Source of the DNA: Thermoanaerobaculia bacterium
GTDB lineage: Bacteria > Acidobacteriota > Thermoanaerobaculia > UBA5066
Assembly (NCBI GenBank): GCA_022071945.1
Contig: JAJVIN010000021.1
Location: 32,452 to 96,451, forward strand
Reading direction: 5' to 3'
Length of the DNA: 64,000 bases
This document shows positions 49,103 to 56,915 of the stretch, piece after piece. The position numbers and the translations under genes are program-made. Position 1 is the stretch's first letter. The number at the start of each line of letters is the position of its first letter. Under the pieces are notes generated by a model. The model ran no database searches. It worked only from the letters and a program-made list of their open reading frames with translations, and was not told the DNA's origin.

Positions 49103-50677
49103 GTGGCGCCGCGCATCGCGTGTCTCTTTGTCCCGCTCTTTCCCCTGGCGGCGCGTTTACGCAGTGAGCCTGAGTTGCGCGACGAGGCCGTCGTCATCGT
49201 GGAGGGCAATGGCACGGCGGCCCACGTCGTGGCGGCCTCGAAAAAGAGCCGCAAGGCCGGGATCCAGCCGGGCATGACGCTCCCCCAGGCAAGGGCGCTC
49301 TTACCAAAGCTGGTGGCGCGCAGCCGGGACGCCGCCTGCGAGCGGGCCGCGGAGGAAGTTCTGACCGAGGTCGCGGGCCGCTTCACCCCCCGCTGGGAAG
49401 ACGCGGGGCAGGGAGTGGTTTACCTGGAACTCGGGCAGGCGGGGAAAGAGGACGTGAAAAAACGGGAGAAGCTCCTGGGAAGCGACCTCATTGCCTGTTG
49501 CGAGAAGGAGAGCCTGCCGGCGCGCTGTGGCATCGCCGCGAACAAGCTGGCGGCGCGGGTGGCGGCGGGACTCCCGGAGTCTCCCACGGTCATTCCAGCG
49601 GGCGAGGAGCCGGCGTTTCTGGCACCGCTCCCGCTCGACCGGCTGAGTCCGGAGATCGAGATCTCGGCGGTGCTTTCCCGCTGGGGGCTCTCGTCGATCG
49701 GAGACTTCGCGAAGCTCCCCGCCGCCGAGGTCGTGGCCCGTCTCGGGGAACCCGGCCGGGCGCTGCACGAATCGGCCCGGGGTATCGGCAGTCAGCCCTT
49801 TTTCCCCTCCGTGCCCCCGCCGCTCTTCTCCGAGGGGTTCGACATCGATTGGCCCGTCGTGACTCTCGAACCGTTCCTCGAGTTCGTCGAGGCTGCTCTC
49901 GAAAGGCTCTTGAAGCGCCTCAAGGCCGAGGCCCGAAGCTGCCGGGAGCTCGCCCTGGAAATGAGGCTCGACCCCTCTGGCAGCGACGCGCGGGCGCTGT
50001 CGCTCCCGGCCCCCACACAGGATCTGAAGACACTGAAAACCCTCGTGAAGCTCGAGCTCGAGGCCCGTCCGCCGAAGGCCCCGATCATCGGGTTCACCCT
50101 GTCTGCTCATCCGGACCGGCCCCGGATGGGGCAGCTGACGCTCTTCGGCCCGGTGGAGATCTCTCCCGACCAGCTCGCGACGGCTCTCGCGCGGCTGGCC
50201 GTCCTCGTGGGAGAGGGCCGGATCGGCTCCCCGGATCTCTTCAACGGCCACCTTCCCGAAGGCTTCGTCACCGAGGCGTACGACCCGCCGCCGGCCCCCC
50301 TCAGGCCCACTCCGGCCCGGAGCCGGGGACTTCTCTCCGCACGCGTTCTGCGCCCTCCCGTGGAGCTGGAAGTGTTAACGCAGGAAAAACCGGGCGGCTT
50401 CCGGCTGCTCTCGATCAAGCCACTTCCCGACAGCAAAGCCCTGCACACGGACACGACACCCCGGGAAACTGTCAAGCCGCCAGACGCCAAGGCCCTCGAC
50501 GCGTTACGCGGCACGGTGCTCGTCGCCTCGGGCCCCTGGCACCTCGAGGACGGCTGGTGGAGCGACCAGCCCGTCCGGCGGGCCTACTGGGACCTCGAGA
50601 TATCGGGCGGGACTCTCTGCCGGATCTTTCGAGACGAGACGAACGGCTGCTGGTTCGCGGATGGGATCTATGACTGA
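49103..50677 (+). CDS. imuB: ImuB, Y-family polymerase-like protein of the mutagenesis cassette.
   Basis: The DinB/UmuC-like N-terminus lacks the catalytic acidic triad context. It lies between imuA and dnaE2. Confidence 0.8.
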   Translation: MAPRIACLFVPLFPLAARLRSEPELRDEAVVIVEGNGTAAHVVAASKKSRKAGIQPGMTLPQARALLPKLVARSRDAACERAAEEVLTEVAGRFTPRWEDAGQGVVYLELGQAGKEDVKKREKLLGSDLIACCEKESLPARCGIAANKLAARVAAGLPESPTVIPAGEEPAFLAPLPLDRLSPEIEISAVLSRWGLSSIGDFAKLPAAEVVARLGEPGRALHESARGIGSQPFFPSVPPPLFSEGFDIDWPVVTLEPFLEFVEAALERLLKRLKAEARSCRELALEMRLDPSGSDARALSLPAPTQDLKTLKTLVKLELEARPPKAPIIGFTLSAHPDRPRMGQLTLFGPVEISPDQLATALARLAVLVGEGRIGSPDLFNGHLPEGFVTEAYDPPPAPLRPTPARSRGLLSARVLRPPVELEVLTQEKPGGFRLLSIKPLPDSKALHTDTTPRETVKPPDAKALDALRGTVLVASGPWHLEDGWWSDQPVRRAYWDLEISGGTLCRIFRDETNGCWFADGIYD

Positions 50678-50806
50678 GACGTCGAGTTCCTTCCCGGTGT
50701 CGCCTCCCGTCCAGGGGGAACGGCCTCGTGGGATTCGACACCTCGGACCTCGTGGGATTCAACACCACGAGCCTCGCAGGATCCAACGCCACGGGGAAGC
50801 TCTGGT

Positions 50807-51090
50807 AGCCCCCTCTTTTGTAAAGAGGGGGTTGGGGGAGTTAGAGCCCGCCCGCGAGCCTCACCCACACCGCCGGGCCGCGCTCCTCTTCCTGACACAC
50901 GCCACCAACCCAGCAGAGATTGACGTCAACCTCGCAGAGGCGCTGCTTCGTAGCCCGGCGATTCATCGCCGGGCGTTCGCACGCTTTTCTCCGAACCCCA
51001 AAAAAAAGAGGGCGCGAGGGAACCAAAGTCCAGCCCGGTCTTCCATTCGAGCTCTAACTCCCCCAACCCCCTCTTTACAAAAGAGGGGGC
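50807..51090. mobile_element. MITE-like non-coding element, copy 1. It has perfect 41-bp terminal inverted repeats (50807..50847 and 51050..51090) flanking a 202-bp core.
   Basis: AGCCCCCTCTTTTGTAAAGAGGGGGTTGGGGGAGTTAGAGC and its exact reverse complement. Each TIR contains an internal 10-bp hairpin. Confidence 0.6.
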
Positions 51091-51269
51091 TTTTCGGGCC
51101 GCTCCTGATTCACACCCCGCGGCTTTTCGGGCCGTTCCAGATCCACGCCCGTGGCTTTTCGGGCCGCCACAGATCCACGCCCGTAGCTTTTCGGGCCGCC
51201 ACAGATCCACACCCCACGGCTTTTCGAGCCGCCACAGATCCACGCCCCGCAGCTTTTCGGGCAGACGGA
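51088..51269. repeat. Array of 33-bp tandem repeats (about 5.5 copies in unit 1; a second array of about 3.5 copies lies at 51670..51790).
   Basis: GCTTTTCGGGCCGCCACAGATCCACGCCCGTGG variants sit head-to-tail with no spacers. Confidence 0.85.
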
Positions 51270-51386
51270 ATCTATGACTGAGACGTCGAGGTCCTCTCCG
51301 CTGCCGCCTCCCATCCAGGGAAAACGGGCTGGTGGGATTCAACACCACGGGCCTCGCAGGATTCAACGCCACGGGGAAGCTCTGGT

Positions 51387-51672
51387 AGCCCCCTCTTTTG
51401 TAAAGAGGGGGTTGGGGGAGTTAGAGCCCGCCCGCGAGCCCCACCCGCACCGCCGGGCCACGCTCCTCTTCCTGACACACGCCACCAACCCAGCAGAGAC
51501 CGACGTCAGCCTCGTAGAGGCGCTGCTTCGTAGCCCGGCGATTCATCGCCGGGCGTTCGCACGCTTTTCTCCGAACCCCAAAGAGAAAGGGGGAGCGAGG
51601 GAACCAAAGTCCAGCCCGGCCTTCCATTCGAGCTCTAACTCCCCCAACCCCCTCTTTACAAAAGAGGGGGCT
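51387..51672. mobile_element. MITE-like element, copy 2 (TIRs 51387..51427 and 51632..51672).
   Basis: Identical 41-bp TIRs. The core differs from copy 1 by a few substitutions and a small indel. Confidence 0.6.
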
Positions 51673-51806
51673 TTTCGAGCCGCTCCTGATTCACGCCCCG
51701 TGGCTTTTCGGGCCGTTCCAGATTCACACCCCGCGGCTTTTCGAGCCGCTCCTGATCCACAGCCCGTGGCTTTTCGGGCCGTTCACATCCCGGGGGCTTA
51801 CCCCTC

Positions 51807-54800
51807 ATGACTGAGCGCTTCCCTCCCACCCGCGACCTCTTCATGCCGGGAGACGCGACGAAGATCATCGGCCCCGGCGCCCGCAAGGAGAAGCTGCGCA
51901 ACCGCTCCTTCTCGCCCTCCGCACCCGCACCGGGAGCGCGGTATGTGGAACTGCACGCCGCCTCTGCCTTCTCCTTTCTCGATGGAGCCTCCGAGCCCGA
52001 GGACATCGTGGAAGCCGCCGCCGCCCTTGGTCTCCCCGCGGTCGCCCTCATCGACACGAACGGCGTCTACGGCGCCCCGCGCTTCTACAAGGCGGCGAAG
52101 AAGGCCGGGATCAGGGCTCTCGTCGGCGCGGAAGTCGTCCTGGACCCTTCTCCTTACATCCCTGCCGCTGCCGACACGCAGAAGCGCGGCCCGCTCGGCA
52201 TCGTTCCGCCTCCCCCGCCGCCGGGTCTCCCCCCCGCCCGCGTGACGCTCCTCGTCGAGAGCCAGCGCGGCTACCGCAACCTCTGCCGGCTCCTGACCCA
52301 GGGCGCCCTCGGCAAGCCCAAGGGCGAGGCCGCCGTCACCTGGCACGACATCGCCCACCACTCCGACGGGCTCCACCTCCTGACCGGCAGCGACGAGGGC
52401 CCCGTCGCGCGCACCCTCGCCCAGGAGGGGATCGACTCGGCCCGGCGTCTTCTCGAGCGGCTCTCCGCCCTCTTCCCCGATCGCTGTCACGTGGAACTCC
52501 AGCGGCACAACCGTCGCGACGAGGAGCACCGCAACCAGGCCCTCGTCTCCCTCGCCCGCTCGCTCAAGCTCCCCCTGCTCGCGACGAACGGCGTCCGGTA
52601 CGCACGGCGGGAAAAGCGGCCGCTCTTCGACATCCTGACCTGCATCCGGAACCACACGACGCTCGACGCCGCTGGGACCCTGCTCGACATCAACCGCGAA
52701 CGCCACATGAAGAACGCCTCCGAGATGGCGCTCCTCTTCGCCGACCTCCCCGAGGCCGTCGTCCATGGCGTCGAGCTTTCCGAGAGGCTCGACTTCACGC
52801 TCGCCAACCTCGGCTACCGCTTCCCCGAGTACCCGCTCCCGCCCGGAGACACCGCCGCTTCCCTCCTGCGCCGCCTCACGTGGGAAGCCGCGATGAGCCG
52901 CTTCCGCCCGCTTTCGGCCAAGGCCCAGGCACAGATCAACAAGGAACTCGCCCTCATCGAGAAGCTCGACCTCGCCGGCTACTTCCTCATCGTCTGGGAC
53001 ATCATCCAGTTCTGCAAGAGGAACGGGATCCTCGCGCAGGGACGCGGCTCGGCCGCCAACAGCGCGGTCTGCTACGCCCTCTCCATCACGGCCGTCGATC
53101 CGGTCAAGATGGACCTCCTCTTCGAACGCTTCCTCTCCGAGGAGCGGGGCGAGTGGCCCGATATCGACCTCGATCTCCCCTCCGGCGATGCCCGGGAGAG
53201 CGTCATCCAGTACGTCTACCGGCGCTACGGCTCGCACGGTGCCGGGATGACGGCCAACGTCATCACGTATCGCGACCGCTCCGCCGCCCGCGAGGTCGCC
53301 AAGTCTCTCGGCTTCTCCGCCGAGCAGGTCGACCGGCTCGCCAAGCACCTCGGCAAGTGGAGCTTCGGCGAGTTCCGCGACGGGTTGCGGAAGTTCCCGG
53401 AAGAGATGCGGGCCGCCGGATTCGACCCCGAAGACCTCCGAATCCGGCACTTCGAGACCTTCTGGAAGGAGATCCAGAACCTCCCCCGCCACCTCGGCCA
53501 GCACTCGGGCGGGATGGTCATCGCCATGGGGCGGCTCGACGAGGTCGTCCCGCTCGAACCCGCGGCGATGCCGGGCCGCAACGTCATCCAGTGGGACAAG
53601 GACGACTGCGCCGACCTAGGGATCGTCAAGGTCGACCTCCTCGGGCTCGGGATGCTCGGGGCGATCGCCGAGATGATCCCGACGATCCGGGAGCACGAGA
53701 AGGTCGACGTCGACCTCGCTCATCTCCGCATGGACGACCCGAAGGTCTTCCAGATGCTCAACGAGGCCGACACGGTGGGCGTCTTCCAGGTGGAAAGCCG
53801 TGCGCAGATGGCGTCGCTCCCCAGAAACGCGCCGAGGAACTTCTACGACCTCGTCATCCAGGTGGCCATCATCCGGCCCGGGCCCATCGTCGGCGGGATG
53901 GTCCACCCCTTCTTCGACCGCCGCCAGGGACGCGCCCCGGTCGAGTACCCGCACCCCTCGCTCGAACCCATCCTGGCCCGGACGCTCGGCGTCCCGCTCT
54001 TTCAGGAACAGCTCCTGAAGATCGCCATGGTCGCGGCGGGCTTCACCGGGGGCGAGGCGGAGGAGCTGCGGCGCGCGATGGGCTTCAAGCGTTCCTCCGA
54101 GCGGATGGCCGTCATCGAGAAGCGGCTGCGCGACGGGATGACGAACCGCGGCATCACGGGCGAGGCGCAGGAACAGATCGTCAAGTCGATCACCTCCTTC
54201 GCGCTCTACGGATTTCCGGAGTCCCACGCGGCGAGCTTCGCCCTCATCGCCTACGCGAGCTGCTACCTGAAGGCCCACCACCCCGCGGCGTTCCTGAAAG
54301 GGCTCCTCAATGCCTGGCCGATGGGCTTCTACCACCCGGCAACTCTCGTCAAGGACTCCCAGCGGCACGGCGTGACAGTCCTACCGATCGACGTCTCCCA
54401 CTCGGGCTGGATGTGCCGGATCGAGAAGGGAGCCGTGCGGCTCGGAATGAGGTTCTTGAAAGGCCTCCGGCAGGCCGCCGGGGAGCGAATCGCGAGGGAA
54501 GCTTCGTTCCGTCCCTTCGGAAGCACGCAAGAACTGGCGCGGCGCTGTGAACTCCACGAGGACGAACTCTCGGCCCTCGCCTTCTCCGGAGCGCTCGGAT
54601 CCCTCGGCCTGACGCGGCGTGAGTCGCTCTGGCAGGTGGCGGCGGTTTCCCGGCACCAGGGACCGCTCTTCGATTCCTCGGACGAGGAGATGGCGCCGTC
54701 CCCGCTCCCGGAGATGTCGTCCTTCGAGGAGACGGTCGCGGACTACACCTCCTCCGAGATCACGGCGGGACCGCATCTGATCGCCTACTACCGGAGGCAG

Positions 54801-55127
54801 TTCCGGGAGAAATCGATCTTCTCCGCGGAGGAGCTGACACGGCTCCCGGACGGCATGCGGGTCCGGACGGGAGGGGCGGTCGTCGTGAGGCAGCGGCCCG
54901 GGACAGCGAAAGGGTTCGTCTTTCTCTCACTCGAGGACGAGACGGGAATGGCCCAGGCGATCGTGAAGCCCGACATCTTTCGCGAGAACCGGGCGCTCAT
55001 CGTCGGGTCGCCAGGCCTCATCGTGGAGGGGCGGCTGCAGAAGACCGACGGGACGCTTTCCGTGAGGGCGGAGAAGTTCTGGCGGCTGCCGGACCTGCCA
55101 CAGATCCCGAGTCACGACTTCAGATGA
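51807..55127 (+). CDS. dnaE2: Error-prone DNA polymerase DnaE2 (ImuC).
   Basis: PHP domain (HAASAFSFLDGAS) and Pol III alpha catalytic core. The DnaE2-type C-terminus lacks tau-binding extensions. Confidence 0.9.
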   Translation: MTERFPPTRDLFMPGDATKIIGPGARKEKLRNRSFSPSAPAPGARYVELHAASAFSFLDGASEPEDIVEAAAALGLPAVALIDTNGVYGAPRFYKAAKKAGIRALVGAEVVLDPSPYIPAAADTQKRGPLGIVPPPPPPGLPPARVTLLVESQRGYRNLCRLLTQGALGKPKGEAAVTWHDIAHHSDGLHLLTGSDEGPVARTLAQEGIDSARRLLERLSALFPDRCHVELQRHNRRDEEHRNQALVSLARSLKLPLLATNGVRYARREKRPLFDILTCIRNHTTLDAAGTLLDINRERHMKNASEMALLFADLPEAVVHGVELSERLDFTLANLGYRFPEYPLPPGDTAASLLRRLTWEAAMSRFRPLSAKAQAQINKELALIEKLDLAGYFLIVWDIIQFCKRNGILAQGRGSAANSAVCYALSITAVDPVKMDLLFERFLSEERGEWPDIDLDLPSGDARESVIQYVYRRYGSHGAGMTANVITYRDRSAAREVAKSLGFSAEQVDRLAKHLGKWSFGEFRDGLRKFPEEMRAAGFDPEDLRIRHFETFWKEIQNLPRHLGQHSGGMVIAMGRLDEVVPLEPAAMPGRNVIQWDKDDCADLGIVKVDLLGLGMLGAIAEMIPTIREHEKVDVDLAHLRMDDPKVFQMLNEADTVGVFQVESRAQMASLPRNAPRNFYDLVIQVAIIRPGPIVGGMVHPFFDRRQGRAPVEYPHPSLEPILARTLGVPLFQEQLLKIAMVAAGFTGGEAEELRRAMGFKRSSERMAVIEKRLRDGMTNRGITGEAQEQIVKSITSFALYGFPESHAASFALIAYASCYLKAHHPAAFLKGLLNAWPMGFYHPATLVKDSQRHGVTVLPIDVSHSGWMCRIEKGAVRLGMRFLKGLRQAAGERIAREASFRPFGSTQELARRCELHEDELSALAFSGALGSLGLTRRESLWQVAAVSRHQGPLFDSSDEEMAPSPLPEMSSFEETVADYTSSEITAGPHLIAYYRRQFREKSIFSAEELTRLPDGMRVRTGGAVVVRQRPGTAKGFVFLSLEDETGMAQAIVKPDIFRENRALIVGSPGLIVEGRLQKTDGTLSVRAEKFWRLPDLPQIPSHDFR

Positions 55128-55139
55128 AAGGAGAACCCC

Positions 55140-55766
55140 ATGATTCCAGAGCCCAGTTCGTATAGTGTTCCGGCGATGTCGAGCCAGCCTCTGCGCCGCC
55201 GCGCGACCTACCAGGACATCCTGGACCTGCCAGACAACGTGACCGGTCAGCTCGTCGATGGCGAGTTGATCGCGTCGCCGCAACCGGTCATCCGGCACCA
55301 ATGGAGTGCTTCCGCGCTGGGCGGCGACCTTTTCAACCCATTCCATCGCGGCCGGGGTGGCCCTGGGGGCTGGTGGATCATCGATGAGCCCGAGCTTCAC
55401 CTCGAAGAAGACATCCTCGTGCCGGATATCGGCGGCTGGCGAAAAGAGAAGCTCCCGATCCTCCCGGACGAGCCGTACTTCACGCTCGCTCCCGACTGGG
55501 TCTGTGAGGTTCTCTCCCCTTCGACGGCCCGCATCGACCGGATCAAGAAGCTCCCGATTTACGCACGCGAAGGTGTCAGCCACGTCTGGCTGATCGATCC
55601 CGATCTTCAGACTCTCGAGGTCTTCAGGCTCGAGGGTCAGCGCTGGCTGCTGCTCCTGACGGCGGGAGGAGACGAGGTCGTGAGGGCCGAGCCGTTCGAT
55701 GCCATCGAGTTGGAACTGGCGGGACTCTGGATCCAGCCGGCGGCGGCCGAACCGGACCGCCGCTGA
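55140..55766 (+). CDS. Uma2-family (DUF820) putative endonuclease, second paralog.
   Basis: PDWVCEVLSPST core. An AGGAGA RBS sits 12 nt after the dnaE2 stop. Confidence 0.75.
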   Translation: MIPEPSSYSVPAMSSQPLRRRATYQDILDLPDNVTGQLVDGELIASPQPVIRHQWSASALGGDLFNPFHRGRGGPGGWWIIDEPELHLEEDILVPDIGGWRKEKLPILPDEPYFTLAPDWVCEVLSPSTARIDRIKKLPIYAREGVSHVWLIDPDLQTLEVFRLEGQRWLLLLTAGGDEVVRAEPFDAIELELAGLWIQPAAAEPDRR

Positions 55767-56052
55767 CGACTCCCGGCGGGGTCTCGCGCGGCCGTCGGTT
55801 CGATCCCGTGGCGAGCAAAGACCGGCCGCCGTTCCGGTCGCGGGGAGGTCATCACCCGAAGACCATCACGCAGGGCCTCGTTCACCAGGTCCACCCCTGT
55901 TCTTGTGGGAAGACTGGACCAGTCCGACTTCGCGGCAATCTTGATGACCCGGGTACTGCTTGCCGGGCTGGGAGTAGTTCAACACTCGGCGAGGCAGGAG
56001 AACGCGTCTCTCCTTGCGTGCATCATGTCAAATATATAAGATAGGCGAGCTG

Positions 56053-56745
56053 ATGGTCGTGCCCGCCGAAAACGCCCCGCCCCGGCACCGGCAGCTCAGG
56101 CAGTGGGTCGCGGATCACCTGCGAGCGGAGATCCTCGAAGGAAAGCGAAAGCCCGGCGACTGGCTCCGGCAGGAGCAACTCGCCCGCGAGCTGGACGTCA
56201 GCCAAACACCTGTCCGAGAAGCGCTCAAACAGCTCGTGGCGGATGGGCTCCTGGAACACGTCCCCTACCGGGGCATCCAGGTCGTCCGGTTCTCGGTCGA
56301 GGACGTCGAGGACCTCTACGAGAGTCGCTCGGTCCTGGAAGCGATGGCGGCGCGCCACGCCGCGACCGCGATCACCGCGGAGGAACTGAAGCTCCTGGCA
56401 TCGCTTCACTCCCGGATGCTCGAGTGCGAGATGCCGTCCCAGCTGAAGGCCTACCGCGACCTCAACCGGCGTTTCCACGAGACCATCATCACGGCGTCGC
56501 GCCGGAGCTTCCTCACGCGCACCTTGAGCCAGCTCTGGACGGCGTTCCCGACCATGCTCTGGAGCAACGTCCCCCACATCGCCCTCAAGTCCATCCCCGA
56601 GCGGGACGAGCCGGATAACGCCGAACACGCCGAGATCGTCGCGGCCCTGCAGGCCCGCGATCCGGACCGCGCCGCGCGAGCCGCCAGAAGCCACATCGAG
56701 AGTGCGGGCCGGACCCTCCTGGCGGCGATGAAAGCCCGTCCATGA
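56053..56745 (+). CDS. GntR-family (FadR/FCD subfamily) transcriptional regulator.
   Basis: N-terminal wHTH (EQLARELDVSQTPVREALKQL) and a C-terminal all-helical FCD domain. Confidence 0.8.
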   Translation: MVVPAENAPPRHRQLRQWVADHLRAEILEGKRKPGDWLRQEQLARELDVSQTPVREALKQLVADGLLEHVPYRGIQVVRFSVEDVEDLYESRSVLEAMAARHAATAITAEELKLLASLHSRMLECEMPSQLKAYRDLNRRFHETIITASRRSFLTRTLSQLWTAFPTMLWSNVPHIALKSIPERDEPDNAEHAEIVAALQARDPDRAARAARSHIESAGRTLLAAMKARP

Positions 56746-56915
56746 ACAGCTCGCAGGGTTTCCGCCACCCGGCGGATCCGCAATGCGGCATCCCATCCCC
56801 TTCATCCGGACGGCTGACCGTCAGCGGGACCGCCGCGCGGCGGCCCGTGCCATTCCCGGTCTCTAACGGTCATCGGGCGCCACAAGCCCGTCATTCCCAG
56901 CCCCGAGGAGGAGAA

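Larger units (their letters stand above)
50666..51806. repeat. Tandem duplication. Unit 1 (50666..51269, 604 bp) and unit 2 (51270..51806, 537 bp) each begin with ATCTATGACTGAGACGTCGAG. Unit 2 carries two fewer 33-bp repeats.
   Basis: Direct alignment of the two units shows near-identity in register. Confidence 0.9.

Noticed and set aside
51088-51269. 33-bp direct repeats considered as a CRISPR array.
   Set aside because: The repeats are contiguous with no unique spacers. There are no cas genes or leader. The variable positions are point variants of one consensus.
50661-51810. ORFs 50661..51281 (206 aa) and 51274..51810 (178 aa), plus minus-strand ORFs crossing the repeat units.
   Set aside because: They are low-complexity translations of the tandem repeats. 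They begin at the copied dnaE2 start context ATGACTGAG but show no coding-like conservation between the two units beyond what the nucleotide repeat explains. Retained only as a note in the repeat finding.
55797-55807. GGTTCGATCCC, a tRNA T-arm-like motif in the intergenic region after the Uma2 gene.
   Set aside because: No complementary acceptor or T-stem, and no anticodon arm, can be drawn around it. It is not a tRNA gene, and at most a degraded fragment.
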